64,000 bases of DNA from Clostridiaceae bacterium (GTDB lineage: Bacteria > Bacillota > Clostridia > DUPQ01), in contig JAAYBX010000020.1 of the NCBI GenBank assembly GCA_012729955.1, positions 88,414 to 152,413 on the forward strand, read 5' to 3'. How positions within the stretch are numbered: position 1 is the stretch's first letter; every line of letters starts with the position of its first letter. Below the pieces are notes generated by a model that saw only the letters and a list, made by a program, of their open reading frames with translations, was not told the origin of the DNA and searched no databases. Below, piece after piece: positions 19,460 through 30,078 of the stretch. The position numbers and the translations under genes were made by a program.

Positions 19460-20281
19460 AATCGCATATACATCATTTCTTGAAATATTAAACATTACGG
19501 CAATTTTTCGCATTGCATCCTTGCGGGAAAAGCCGTTTTTTATTAGTTCCTCGTATTTTATAGTAATATCCTGATCAGTATTATTCGGAACATTATTTGT
19601 TTCTTGATGCATATCAGTATTTCCCTCGAAAACTATGACATACTCACCTTTTGGTTCATTTTGCTCCAGATAAGCGGATATACCATCCAAACTGTCTACA
19701 ATAACTGTCTCATATATTTTCGTTATCTCTTTAACTAATGATACTTTTCTCTTGCCACCCATAATCTGTTTGGCAAGATTAATAGTTTTAATAAGCTTAT
19801 GAGGAGCTTCATATATTATACAGGTGCGTGATTCATTTTTAATTTTTTCAAAAAAATCTTTCTTTTGAGATGATTTGACAGGAGGAAACCCTTCAAAACA
19901 AAAAGCAGATGTATCAAAGGGCGATATCATCAAAGCACTGATTGCAGCATTTGCTCCTGGTATGACTGTTACCTTCTGGTCATTTTGATGCATAAGTTTT
20001 ACAAGCTCGTTGCCTGGATCTGATATTGCTGGACATCCTGCATCTGAAACAAGACATACATTCATTCCGTTCATAACATCCTTAAGTATATTTATTCCGC
20101 TTGACTCCATATTATGCTGATGATAACTTACAAGTTTCTTTTTTATACCAAGAGCATTAAGTAAACGTAATGTGTGTCTTGTATCTTCAGATGCAATATA
20201 ATCGCAACTGGATAAAGTTTCTATTGCTCTTTTGGATATGTCAGAAAGGTTTCCAATAGGTGTTGCTACAAGATAAAGCAT
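19439..20281 (-). CDS. rsmI: 16S rRNA (cytidine1402-2'-O)-methyltransferase
   Basis: MLYLVATPIGNLSDISKRAIETL...ASEDTRHTLRLL, the signature N-terminus of RsmI. Confidence 0.9.
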   Translation of the reverse strand: MLYLVATPIGNLSDISKRAIETLSSCDYIASEDTRHTLRLLNALGIKKKLVSYHQHNMESSGINILKDVMNGMNVCLVSDAGCPAISDPGNELVKLMHQNDQKVTVIPGANAAISALMISPFDTSAFCFEGFPPVKSSQKKDFFEKIKNESRTCIIYEAPHKLIKTINLAKQIMGGKRKVSLVKEITKIYETVIVDSLDGISAYLEQNEPKGEYVIVFEGNTDMHQETNNVPNNTDQDITIKYEELIKNGFSRKDAMRKIAVMFNISRNDVYAILFRCGR

Positions 20282-20283
20282 TG

Positions 20284-21030
20284 TCAGTTCCTCCCGTAAA
20301 GCAAATTCAGTTCTTCAGTATAAGTGCCATCAGGTTTGTGAATTATGAGAGGAGGCTCTACTGTTAATGATGGATTCATATCTTTTAATCCTTGTATTAA
20401 TACTAAAATGGCTGGCAACTTAGCATTTACATGCACAAATCTGATTGTTTTAGGCTCAATCGAATGAGTCTTCATTAATGATAGTATCTCATTCAGCCTT
20501 TGGGGCCTGTGGACCATTGTGAAGACACCTTTTGATTTCAGAAGATATTTGGTTGCTTTCAATATGTCCTCTAATGTACATAAAATCTCATGTCTTGCAT
20601 ATGCCATTGCATCAGCTGCGCTTATTATACCAGTACCTGCTTTAAGATAAGGAGGATTTGTTACGACCTGATCAAAACTCCCTGCTTGGAAATACTCCTT
20701 TATATTACGTACATCCCCATTTATAATTGAAATCCGTTCCTCAAGATTATTCAGTTTGACATTTCTTACAGCAAGTTCATATATGTCTTTCTGTATCTCA
20801 ATACCTATAATTTGTTTTGGTTTGTATTTGCCATACAGAAGCAGAGGGATTATACCATTTCCCGTACCAAGGTCAATAACAGTTGATGTGCCCCGTACAT
20901 TGGAAAATGAAGATAATAAGACAGCATCAGTTCCGAAACAGAACTGTTTTTTATTCTGTATAATTTTTAAACCATCAAGCTGAAGATCATCCAGCCTTTC
21001 ATCTTCGTATATCATATGCATATTATACAT
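20284..21030 (-). CDS. Class I SAM-dependent methyltransferase, TrmN6/YabB-like (tRNA adenine-N6)
   Basis: DLGTGNG SAM-binding motif and VVTNPPY catalytic motif. Position upstream of rsmI as in Bacillus yabB. Confidence 0.7.
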   Translation of the reverse strand: MYNMHMIYEDERLDDLQLDGLKIIQNKKQFCFGTDAVLLSSFSNVRGTSTVIDLGTGNGIIPLLLYGKYKPKQIIGIEIQKDIYELAVRNVKLNNLEERISIINGDVRNIKEYFQAGSFDQVVTNPPYLKAGTGIISAADAMAYARHEILCTLEDILKATKYLLKSKGVFTMVHRPQRLNEILSLMKTHSIEPKTIRFVHVNAKLPAILVLIQGLKDMNPSLTVEPPLIIHKPDGTYTEELNLLYGRN

Positions 21031-21091
21031 TTTAATAAGTATTTTTTACAAATGAAATATCTCAAATGACCGTCGTTTTATTACAGATTCA

Positions 21092-21718
21092 TCATTGGAC
21101 CTTTAAAAACAGTTTATTCCTATTAATTGAAATCTCTTCAATATGAGTTCCAGTATACTTCTCCAAAGCTTTAAGCAGTAATCGCGGATGAAGATTTCCT
21201 TTTGCACCGGCTTTACATAAAACTGAAAAACTATTTTCGTCATGGTAATCGATTTTGTAGATATATGGCAGGATATCTACAGGACCCTTATTATTAGATT
21301 TATCTACTTCAATACCATCTAGCGTTAGCAGCTTGTCGAGCGATTTCTTCAGATTGCAGCTGCTGTTAACTTTAAATCCATATATAGCTGAACCGACATC
21401 CTCCATTAAAGTGGATTTCTCCACTGAAAACGCTTCAAGCAACTCGAACCCATCCGGCAGAGCTTTTGAGAGCATGTCTGCTGCATACTGGCATTCATAT
21501 TCAATATTAAACCATATATCAACATATTCGCTATCAGATGATACACCTACTGGTAAAGGTAAAGCGAAAACCAGTCTCATACCGGGATTAAAACCCTGCG
21601 TATACACTACATTCAATTCAGCTCTTCTAAGAGCACGCATAAAAGCATTCATCATCTCGATATGAGAAATAAACTTGACCTTTTCGGTTTTTCTGAATTT
21701 AAATCTGATTGTTTTCAA
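21092..21718 (-). CDS. Radical-SAM-associated protein (TIGR03936/DUF2344-like)
   Basis: IRFKFRKTEKVKFISHIEMMNAFMRALRRA is typical of the family. I prefer the TTG start at 21716-21718 (GGAG 6 nt upstream) over the ORF-track ATG at 21814, which would overlap the upstream gene by 116 nt. Confidence 0.7.
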   Translation of the reverse strand: MKTIRFKFRKTEKVKFISHIEMMNAFMRALRRAELNVVYTQGFNPGMRLVFALPLPVGVSSDSEYVDIWFNIEYECQYAADMLSKALPDGFELLEAFSVEKSTLMEDVGSAIYGFKVNSSCNLKKSLDKLLTLDGIEVDKSNNKGPVDILPYIYKIDYHDENSFSVLCKAGAKGNLHPRLLLKALEKYTGTHIEEISINRNKLFLKVQ

Positions 21719-23465
21719 GACACACTCCGCATTTATACTTTGCAATTCCGCATGTGCTGCATTTTGCTCTGCAGTTCTCTGTTGTTTTTTCCTTGAAGGC
21801 CTTATCATATTCACTTTTCAAAAAACTTTTTGTGATACCTACATCAATGAAATCCCATGGAAGCTCATTATCTATGGGTATCTGTCTTGATGCGCATTCA
21901 TATATATCTAAAGAGCAATCATTAAAAGCTTCTACCCATTTTTCCATATTAAAAAATTCATTCCATGAGTCAAATTTGCATCCTTTTTCCCATGCTTTTA
22001 TAATAACTTCGCCAATTGTTTTATCTCCTCTGGATATTGCTGATTCCACAATTGAAGTATCAAACTCATGCCAGTTATACTTTATTTTCTTATCCTGCAT
22101 GTGACTTTTAAGTAGTTTCTGCCTTCTAATCATTTCTTCTTTCGAAATCTGACTACACCATTGAAAAGGTGTAAAAGGTTTTGGTATAAAGAAGGAAGTC
22201 GATACTGTAATATTAATTCTGCTTTTTCTTCCAAATACATCAAGTATCTTCTTAGCCAGGTCTGCTATTGCTATTACATCCTCATCAGTTTCGGTTGGTA
22301 ATCCTAACATGAAATATAATTTAATACTGTCATATCCGCCTTCTTTTGCAATTCTTGCGGAATTTAGTATTTCTTCTTCTGTAATATTCTTGTTAATTAC
22401 ATCCCTCAATCTCTGGCTTCCTGCTTCAGGTGCGAAAGTCAGTCCTGATTTTCGCACTTTCTGTATCTTTTTCATCAAATCAATAGAGAAATTATCTATT
22501 CTCATTGATGGAACTGATAAATTCACCATTCTTTTTTCAGTGTGTTCAAGCATACCATCACACAAAGTTTTCAAATCAGAAAAGTCTGATGTACTTAAGG
22601 AAACCATTCCGATTTCATCATATCCGGTCTCACATAGTATTTTCTCTGTCTGAGCAATCAGTGTAGATGCTTTTTTCTCCCTTACAGGCCTGTATATAAA
22701 ACCTGCTTGACAAAACCTGCAGCCTCTGATACATCCTCTAAAAAGTTCCAAAGAAGCCCTGTCATGAACAATATTCAAATATGGGACTATAGGGTTGGTA
22801 GGAAATGAAACATTATTTAGATCCTTTATTATTCTTTTCCTTACCTTTTTTTTGAGATCATGGTATTTTGGCACATAGACCCCTTCGATTTGTGTAGCTT
22901 TTCTTAAGAAATAATCCTTTGACAATCCCTCTTTTTTTATATCTTCATAAAGATCCAGTACTTCATTAATAACTTCCTCTGCTTCCCCGATAATAAACAT
23001 ATCAACAACTTCGTTTAAAGTGACAGAATTTACTGCACATGGGCCTCCTGCCATTATTATTGGGTGTTTCTCAGTTCTCATAATACGTCTTATTGGTATA
23101 TTGGATAAATCCAGCATGTTCAATATATTGGTATAACTCATTTCATACTGTAAAGTGAAACCAACTATATCAAATTCGCCTAAAGGTTTTTTAGTTTCCA
23201 GTGAAAAAAGCGGAATATTATTTGCACGCATAAGCTTTTCCATATCAATCCATGGAGCAAATACCCTTTCGCAAACAGTACTTTCCCTTTTATTTATAAC
23301 GTAATACATTATACGCATTCCTAAATGACTCATTCCGACTTCATAAGTATCCGGAAAGCAGAATGCATAACTTGAAAGCATTTCAGCATGGTTTTTTACT
23401 ATCTCGTTAAATTCCCCTCCTGTATATCTAGCGGGTTTTTCAACATTTATGAGATCAAACATCAC
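21699..23465 (-). CDS. B12-binding-domain radical SAM protein (TIGR03960-like)
   Basis: N-terminal KPARYTGGEFN, a CIRGCRFC radical-SAM cluster motif, and a C-terminal Cys cluster CRAKCSTCGIAKYKCGVC. 588 aa. Confidence 0.85.
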   Translation of the reverse strand: MMFDLINVEKPARYTGGEFNEIVKNHAEMLSSYAFCFPDTYEVGMSHLGMRIMYYVINKRESTVCERVFAPWIDMEKLMRANNIPLFSLETKKPLGEFDIVGFTLQYEMSYTNILNMLDLSNIPIRRIMRTEKHPIIMAGGPCAVNSVTLNEVVDMFIIGEAEEVINEVLDLYEDIKKEGLSKDYFLRKATQIEGVYVPKYHDLKKKVRKRIIKDLNNVSFPTNPIVPYLNIVHDRASLELFRGCIRGCRFCQAGFIYRPVREKKASTLIAQTEKILCETGYDEIGMVSLSTSDFSDLKTLCDGMLEHTEKRMVNLSVPSMRIDNFSIDLMKKIQKVRKSGLTFAPEAGSQRLRDVINKNITEEEILNSARIAKEGGYDSIKLYFMLGLPTETDEDVIAIADLAKKILDVFGRKSRINITVSTSFFIPKPFTPFQWCSQISKEEMIRRQKLLKSHMQDKKIKYNWHEFDTSIVESAISRGDKTIGEVIIKAWEKGCKFDSWNEFFNMEKWVEAFNDCSLDIYECASRQIPIDNELPWDFIDVGITKSFLKSEYDKAFKEKTTENCRAKCSTCGIAKYKCGVCLENNQI

Positions 23466-23468
23466 TTA

Positions 23469-23744
23469 CTATTCCTCTTCTTCATCCATGTCTGAATCCA
23501 TTTTTTTGACAAAAAGATCGAAAAGTTCATCTAACAGCTGTTCATCCTCAACTGGAGTTAGTATTGCATCCTCTTCATTTTCTTCTTCATATTCAAATAT
23601 ATAGGAATCTTCATCAGATTCATCAACTGTCTGCATTAGAACGTAAGTTTTCTCTTTATATTCAAGCATTTCAAGAACAACCATCTCTACAGGATTTCCC
23701 TGCTCATCTTCCATCACTATTATATCGTCTCTTTCATCTTCCAT
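23469..23744 (-). CDS. DUF1292-family acidic protein (YrzB-like)
   Basis: Highly acidic small protein downstream of ruvX. The start at MEDERDD is preceded by AAAGGAGAA. The ORF-track start at 23789 would overlap ruvX. Confidence 0.7.
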   Translation of the reverse strand: MEDERDDIIVMEDEQGNPVEMVVLEMLEYKEKTYVLMQTVDESDEDSYIFEYEEENEEDAILTPVEDEQLLDELFDLFVKKMDSDMDEEEE

Positions 23745-24186
23745 TACTGTGTTCTCCTTTATCTTTTTTCTTGTTATCCATATTATCAAGATATGATTGC
23801 AGTATTACACAGGCAGCTACCATATCTATTCTCTTTTTATCTTTTCCTGTCTTCTTCCCCTGCATATGTATTATATCATGCGCTTCAACAGTAGAAAGCC
23901 TTTCGTCATATAATATAATCGGCTTTTTACATCTTTCCTCTAACATAGATGCAAAATTTCGGACTTTTAATGCTTTTTCACCTTCTGAGTCATCCATATT
24001 AAGAGGAAGACCTATTACTATGCTGGCTGCACCATATTCTGTCACTATCTTTTCAATGATGTCAAGAGGTTTGTTAATATCTTTATTCCATTCTATAGTT
24101 GTTACTCCCTGCGCCAACAAACCTAAAGGGTCGCTTTTGGCAACCCCTATCCTCTTCTCACCATAATCTATTGCAATAATTATCAT
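23734..24186 (-). CDS. ruvX: Holliday junction resolvase-like RuvX (YqgF)
   Basis: MIIIAIDYGEKRIGVAKSD N-terminal motif and DERLST. 150 aa. Confidence 0.9.
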   Translation of the reverse strand: MIIIAIDYGEKRIGVAKSDPLGLLAQGVTTIEWNKDINKPLDIIEKIVTEYGAASIVIGLPLNMDDSEGEKALKVRNFASMLEERCKKPIILYDERLSTVEAHDIIHMQGKKTGKDKKRIDMVAACVILQSYLDNMDNKKKDKGEHSNGR

Positions 24187-24190
24187 TCAG

Positions 24191-24442
24191 TTATTTTGAT
24201 GTGAAATAGTACTGGATAAGCTCAGTCATTATTTCATCCCTTTCCAACTTTCTAATAGCATTTCTAGCGCCGTTATGGCTTGTTATATAGGTTGGATCCC
24301 CTGACATCAGATATGCAACAAGCTGGTTTACGGGATCGTACCCTTTTTCAGTCATAGCACTAAAAACAAGGGTAAGGATTTCTCTTGTTTCGCTCTGATG
24401 ACTCTTTAGAAAGTCAAGATTTATTGTTGATCCTTTATCCAC
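24191..24442 (-). CDS. ireB: IreB-family regulatory phosphoprotein (UPF0297/YrzL)
   Basis: 83 aa with [42 protein letters not shown] start with AAAGGAGAA SD. Confidence 0.8.
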   Translation of the reverse strand: MDKGSTINLDFLKSHQSETREILTLVFSAMTEKGYDPVNQLVAYLMSGDPTYITSHNGARNAIRKLERDEIMTELIQYYFTSK

Positions 24443-24545
24443 TTTGCATTTCTCCTTTACCAGTTATGTAAGTAGTTTACTTCAAAACAAGATATATTTC
24501 AAGAATAATATGCAATTTGGATGGATTGATTTTTTGTTGGCCAAT

Positions 24546-25865
24546 TTATAGGACAGGTTTTTCAGATGTTATAATGCCCTTCAGCCCATCATCCGTTAAT
24601 CCAGATATCGTTACATTGCAGAATGTATTAATATAATCCTTTTCAACATTATTACTAACTAGTGCTGAAACTTTAATATAATTTGTTGTATGTCCGATAA
24701 CAGTATTATTCTGTTTCTCTTCAATCAGAATCTGAAGATTTTTTCCTAAATAACCAGCAAGCTTGTTATGAGATACTTCTGTAGCATAAGAAATTAATCT
24801 TCTGCTTCTTTCATTGAGCACTGAGCTGTTAAGTGACTGAAGTTTTTCTGCTTTTGTACCTTTTCGTTTTGAAAATTTAAAGACATGAGTCTTAATGAAC
24901 TGAGCCTTTCTTACTATTTCCATGCTCTTCTGAAAATCCTCTTCCGTTTCAGTTGGATATCCTACTATTATATCTGTGGTAATTTCAACATCAGGTATAC
25001 TATTTCTTAACTTAACAATTGCATCTATGAATATTTTCGAGTCATACCTTCTATTCATATCTAGTAACACTTTATCTGACCCGGACTGTAATGACATATG
25101 AAAGTGCGGACATAATTTTGAATATTTTTTAATCTCAGTAACAAAATGATCCGTGATTATCTTTGGCTCTAAAGAACCTAGTCTTATTCTTCTTATACCA
25201 TTTATTTCGTTTAATTCCGCAATGACATTAATAATGCTCAGATCTTCTTTATCCTTACCATATGAATCTAGATGTATGCCTGTAAGAACAACTTCCTTGA
25301 TACCTTTTGATGCCATATGTTCGGCTTCTTTTTTTATATCTTCAATATCTCTGCTTCTGACTCTTCCCCTTACATATGGAATAATACAGTAAGAACAGAA
25401 ATTGTCACATCCATCTTGTATCTTCAGATAACCTCTTGTTCGTTCCCATTTATCAGGGAAGCGGCTATTTTTGTATTCTATTTTCTGTGAAATGTCCGAA
25501 ACAGCAATTAGCTTTGGTCTTTTTTCTTTCAGAACACTTACTAGCATTTCCTCAATGTAGCTTTTTTCATTATTTCCAAGTACAATATCGGCTCCATTCT
25601 TAATCATAATTTGCGGATCCTGCTGAGCCAAGCATCCTGTAGCAATAATGATACAGTCAGGATTAATAATTCTGGCTTTGTGAATCATCTGTCGTGATTT
25701 TTTATCACTCATACTCGTTACAGTACATGTATTTACAACATAAATATCGCAAATATCTGGGAATTTCCTGTATTCAAATCCTATTGCTTCAAGATTCGTT
25801 GAAATGACAGATGATTCATATTGGTTTACTTTGCATCCTAATGTTATGATTGTATATGTTCTCAA
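24546..25865 (-). CDS. mtaB: tRNA methylthiotransferase, MtaB-like (radical SAM + TRAM)
   Basis: TLGCKVNQYES N-terminal cluster, CDNFCSYC radical-SAM motif, and C-terminal TRAM-like region. Confidence 0.8.
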   Translation of the reverse strand: MRTYTIITLGCKVNQYESSVISTNLEAIGFEYRKFPDICDIYVVNTCTVTSMSDKKSRQMIHKARIINPDCIIIATGCLAQQDPQIMIKNGADIVLGNNEKSYIEEMLVSVLKEKRPKLIAVSDISQKIEYKNSRFPDKWERTRGYLKIQDGCDNFCSYCIIPYVRGRVRSRDIEDIKKEAEHMASKGIKEVVLTGIHLDSYGKDKEDLSIINVIAELNEINGIRRIRLGSLEPKIITDHFVTEIKKYSKLCPHFHMSLQSGSDKVLLDMNRRYDSKIFIDAIVKLRNSIPDVEITTDIIVGYPTETEEDFQKSMEIVRKAQFIKTHVFKFSKRKGTKAEKLQSLNSSVLNERSRRLISYATEVSHNKLAGYLGKNLQILIEEKQNNTVIGHTTNYIKVSALVSNNVEKDYINTFCNVTISGLTDDGLKGIITSEKPVL

Positions 25866-27652
25866 CTGTTTTTAGTCCTCTTTCTAGAAATTATCCTATC
25901 TGCAAGATCCTTCCTGCCATGCTTAACAAGAGTTTCATGTGCGATCCTGTTATTTATAGGATTGTTAAATTGTAAAAGAGCTCGTTCTACTCTTCTGTCC
26001 CTTGCATTTGGCACATACACTTTTTCCATTGTAATCGGATTGTATCCTGTATAATACATGCATGTGGACAAACTGCCTGGAGTAGGATAAAAATCCTGTA
26101 TCTGTTCGGGAACAAATTTGGATTCAATCAGATACTCTGTAAGCTTGATAGTTTCATTTATTGTAGATCCTGGATGTCCAGATATAAAATATGGCAGAAT
26201 ATACTGTTTTAATCCAATCTTCTTATTAGCATTTTCAAATCTCTCTTTAAAGGTACAGTAAATTGAAAAGGAAGGTTTTCCCATAAGATTAAGCACTTTA
26301 TCAGAAACATGTTCAGGCGCAGTCTTTAGCTGACCGCTGATATTATGCATGCAAATCTTATCAATAACTGATTTGTCTTTATCCAGCATCATATAATCAT
26401 AACGTAAACCTGAACGGATAAATACTTTTTTGACCTTTGGTATCTTTCTAGCTTCAAATAGTGTATCAAGAAGGTCTTTGTGACTTACCTCCAGATTCTC
26501 ACAGGGTTCAGGGAAAAGACATTGCTTATTTCTGCACATCCCTTGTTTAAGTTGTTTTTTACATGATGGATTAGTAAAATTTGCAGTTGGTCCGGATAAA
26601 TCATGAATATATCCGCAGAAATCCTTATCTTCTGTTAATCCGGTTATTTCATTAAGTATGCTTTCACGGCTTCTTTTTTGAATAATCCTTCCTTGGCTTA
26701 ATACTATTGAGCAGAAAGAACAGTTTCCATAACACCCTCTGTGGCTTGTAACAGAGAATTTAACTTCCTTGATGGCATCAATGCCCCCTGTCTTTTCATA
26801 TTGCGGATGATATGTCCTTTCATATGGCAAAGAGTATATATAGTCCATCATTTCTGTTGAGAGAGGATCAGACATTGGATTACATACCAGATATCTGTCA
26901 TTATGTTTTTGTAAGATCCTTGCTCCCCATACAGGATCCTGTTCTTCATACTGAATTTTAAAAGCTTTCGCATATTCATTTTTATACTGTGAAACCAGTT
27001 CAAAAGAAGGTAATTCTATGTCTTGAAACCTTTTATTGGGTTTTGGTAACAATTTTGATATATATGCAGTCCCTTTCACATTCGTTATACTTTCAATAGG
27101 TACAGACTTATCAAGTAATGCAATTATTTCTATAATTGCATTTTCTCCCATCCCATATACCAGAATATCTGCTTTAGCATCAAATAACACGGATCGTCTT
27201 ACTATATTCTGCCAATAATCATAATGTGCGAACCGTCTCATAGTCGCTTCTGCACCACCGATAATAATGGGAACTTCTTTATATGCTTCTTTAGCTCTCT
27301 GGCTGTATACTATAAGAGCTCTATCAGGTCTGGTTTTTCCATATGAAGCATAACAGTCCTTTTTTCTTCTATTCCTGTTTGCTGTGTAATTATTAACCAT
27401 ACTGTCAATTACCCCTCCAGATATGAGGATGGCAAGTCTTGGTTCACCAAATCTCTTAAAATCCTCACATGATGAAATATCAGGTTCTGACAGTACTCCT
27501 ACCCTGTATCCTTTATCTTCCAGTAACCGGGTAATTATTGATTGACCGAAAGAAGGGTGATCTATATATGCTTCAGGACTGACAAAGAGTATATCAATAT
27601 ACTCCCAACCTCTTTGCTCCATGTCATTTTTATTTATAGGTAAAAAACTCAT
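25862..27652 (-). CDS. ygiQ: YgiQ-family radical SAM protein (UPF0313)
   Basis: MSFLPINKNDMEQRGWEYIDILFVSPEAYIDHPSFG N-terminus and a CYGNCSFC cluster motif. 596 aa. Confidence 0.85.
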   Translation of the reverse strand: MSFLPINKNDMEQRGWEYIDILFVSPEAYIDHPSFGQSIITRLLEDKGYRVGVLSEPDISSCEDFKRFGEPRLAILISGGVIDSMVNNYTANRNRRKKDCYASYGKTRPDRALIVYSQRAKEAYKEVPIIIGGAEATMRRFAHYDYWQNIVRRSVLFDAKADILVYGMGENAIIEIIALLDKSVPIESITNVKGTAYISKLLPKPNKRFQDIELPSFELVSQYKNEYAKAFKIQYEEQDPVWGARILQKHNDRYLVCNPMSDPLSTEMMDYIYSLPYERTYHPQYEKTGGIDAIKEVKFSVTSHRGCYGNCSFCSIVLSQGRIIQKRSRESILNEITGLTEDKDFCGYIHDLSGPTANFTNPSCKKQLKQGMCRNKQCLFPEPCENLEVSHKDLLDTLFEARKIPKVKKVFIRSGLRYDYMMLDKDKSVIDKICMHNISGQLKTAPEHVSDKVLNLMGKPSFSIYCTFKERFENANKKIGLKQYILPYFISGHPGSTINETIKLTEYLIESKFVPEQIQDFYPTPGSLSTCMYYTGYNPITMEKVYVPNARDRRVERALLQFNNPINNRIAHETLVKHGRKDLADRIISRKRTKNS

Positions 27653-30006
27653 CTGCTGTTATTGACGTCCAAATCAGGATTATTCATCTGCATCTCAGCC
27701 CATTCCTCCCTTGATATTAAAACAGCTCTTGGTTTAGAACCCTCAAAAGGACCGACAATACCTCTAAGTTCCATCTGGTCAACAATTCTTGCAGCTCTAC
27801 CATATCCAAGTTTTAATTTCCTTTGAAGATATGAAACCGATGCCTGACCTATCTCTACAACAAGGTCTATTGCTGCGGGCAGCAGTTCATCAATTTCATT
27901 TTCCACATCGTTGTCTGAAGCCTTTTTGTCAGACTTTTCAATATTATCGACAACATCTTCATCATAAGAGGAATTTGATCTTTGTTTTATAAATTCCACA
28001 ACTTTATTAATCTCAGAGTCTGATATATAAGCACCCTGCATCCTAACAGGTTTTGATAAACCCATAGGATGGAAAAGCATATCTCCATTCCCTAAAAGCT
28101 TTTCTGCACCACCCATATCAAGTATGGTTCTGGAATCTACCTGGCTTACTACAGCGAATGAAAGCCTGGAAGGTATGTTTGCTTTTATTACTCCCGTAAT
28201 GACATTTACAGAAGGCCTTTGCGTTGCAATTATAAGGTGAATTCCTGCGGCTCTGGCAAGTTGGGCTAGTCTGCATATAGACTCTTCCACTTCACCTGGA
28301 TTTGTCATCATTAAGTCAGCTAATTCATCAATCAATATTACAATATTAGGCATTTTTTTAAGCTCAGGATCATTCTTTACAGAATCATTATATGAGTTAA
28401 TATCACGGACTCCCCTTTTATTAAACATATCATATCTGTTAGTCATTTCCTCTACAGCCCAGTTTAAAGCTCCAGCTGCTTTTTTCAGATTTGTGATTAC
28501 AGGAATTAACAGATGTGGTATACCGTTATAATTTATTAACTCAACTTTCTTAGGGTCTATCATTATGAATCTTACATCGTCAGGAGTCGCTTTATATAAA
28601 ATACTTGTAATAATACAGTTTATACATACGCTCTTTCCTGAACCGGTGGCGCCTGCTATAAGCATATGAGGCATTCTCCTGACATCTGCAATTGTACAGT
28701 TGCCAGCAATATCTTTACCAATTGCAATAGTAAGAATGCTTTTTGAACCTTGAAACTCCTTAGAAGCAATAACCTCCTTTAAGGAAACCACACTCTTTTT
28801 AGTATTTGGTACTTCAATACCAACAACGGATTTTCCAGGGACAGGAGCTTCTATTCTCACATCACGTGAAGCAAGATTTAAAGAAATATCATCAGCTAAA
28901 GCCACTATCCTGCTGACTTTCACGCCTGATTTTGGCTGAAGCTCATATCTAGTTACAGTTGGTCCACACATGATATTAGTTACTGATACTTCAACACCGA
29001 AACTAAGCAAAGTATTTTCCAGTTTTCTTGCTATTTGTTCATAATTATCTGAATTACCACTATCTACATATGAATCCAGAAGAGATAACGGAGGAAATAC
29101 ATACTCACCCTTTTCTTGGGGTTTTTCCGTTATGGCAGGGGCAGCGCTCTTCAATGGTTCCTCTTTTTTAATTATTATCGGACCTGTATATCTTGATACA
29201 GGCTTTTTTGGTTCTTCCTGAATAGGTCTTGATTTATTAATAATGATGTTGACTGGTTCTTTGCTTATTGTTTCTTTAACAGGTTCAATAGTTATATCAT
29301 CAATTTTACTCTGTATATATGGCTGTTTTTTCAATTCTTTTGATACTGGTTCCTCTTGTCCATCCTCAATGGGTTTAAAAGCATCCTTCATCCATTTGAT
29401 AAAAGCGACAAACATATTCTTAATCTTTATCAGGAAATCCAGAAAACTTTTATTTGTAATATATATGACTAATACTACTGTCGCAGTAATCGTAATTATG
29501 TATCCTCCTGTCACACCAAAAAAAATAACGAAAGGCGTCATTAAAATTCCTCCGAACACTCCTCCGTTATTAATTTCCGAAATACCTATGGAATACATAT
29601 GACTTATAAACTGCCATACATTTATACCACTGGATATCTGCGACATGTTCTTTGATAAATAGGCTATTTGAAAAAAACACGGTATCAGAAGTATTAACAG
29701 TATAAGATACATAGTTTTTCTGCTAAGCTGCTTTACTCTGCCTGCAAGAGCTATATAGCAGCCAAAAAGCAATATTGCTAAAGGTATCAGGTAATGTGCC
29801 CATCCGAATAAACCCGAAGATATCTGTTTAAATGGTTTTCCAAATGTACCTGAATTGCTTGTAAAGAATATGCATATGAAAGCTAAAAGCCCTAAAGCAA
29901 TTATTACAATGCCTAATATTTCTTTTGCTAAGACACTGCTTTGAGGCTGGTTCTTTGATTTTTCTGTTGCTTGATGGGTAACAGATGTTCTTTTCTTTTG
30001 TGCCAT
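27649..30006 (-). CDS. ftsK: DNA translocase FtsK/SpoIIIE
   Basis: N-terminal polytopic membrane domain, PK-rich linker, Walker A GATGSGKS, and a C-terminal gamma domain (SVSYLQRKLKLGYGRAARIVD). Confidence 0.9.
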   Translation of the reverse strand: MAQKKRTSVTHQATEKSKNQPQSSVLAKEILGIVIIALGLLAFICIFFTSNSGTFGKPFKQISSGLFGWAHYLIPLAILLFGCYIALAGRVKQLSRKTMYLILLILLIPCFFQIAYLSKNMSQISSGINVWQFISHMYSIGISEINNGGVFGGILMTPFVIFFGVTGGYIITITATVVLVIYITNKSFLDFLIKIKNMFVAFIKWMKDAFKPIEDGQEEPVSKELKKQPYIQSKIDDITIEPVKETISKEPVNIIINKSRPIQEEPKKPVSRYTGPIIIKKEEPLKSAAPAITEKPQEKGEYVFPPLSLLDSYVDSGNSDNYEQIARKLENTLLSFGVEVSVTNIMCGPTVTRYELQPKSGVKVSRIVALADDISLNLASRDVRIEAPVPGKSVVGIEVPNTKKSVVSLKEVIASKEFQGSKSILTIAIGKDIAGNCTIADVRRMPHMLIAGATGSGKSVCINCIITSILYKATPDDVRFIMIDPKKVELINYNGIPHLLIPVITNLKKAAGALNWAVEEMTNRYDMFNKRGVRDINSYNDSVKNDPELKKMPNIVILIDELADLMMTNPGEVEESICRLAQLARAAGIHLIIATQRPSVNVITGVIKANIPSRLSFAVVSQVDSRTILDMGGAEKLLGNGDMLFHPMGLSKPVRMQGAYISDSEINKVVEFIKQRSNSSYDEDVVDNIEKSDKKASDNDVENEIDELLPAAIDLVVEIGQASVSYLQRKLKLGYGRAARIVDQMELRGIVGPFEGSKPRAVLISREEWAEMQMNNPDLDVNNSR

Positions 30007-30078
30007 ATCATCCTCCGAATATTATAGATATTTTATCATAATAAATTTTGCTATGCAAACATGATAAAATTGTCATAA

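Noticed and set aside
23564-24166. Long antisense ORFs: 200 aa here, plus 34780-35259, 21709-22104 and 54274-55140
   Set aside because: Each lies opposite a gene with strong family motifs (ruvX, a fucose-isomerase-like gene, a radical SAM gene, cysK). They are Ser/Leu/Phe-rich, lack an SD, and are expected shadow frames in AT-rich DNA.
14961-27652. Four radical-SAM enzymes within 13 kb (scfB, the TIGR03960-like gene, mtaB, ygiQ) might form one biosynthetic cluster
   Set aside because: They are separated by unrelated housekeeping genes on both strands. Each belongs to a family that is widely conserved on its own, and only scfB has a peptide substrate gene next to it.
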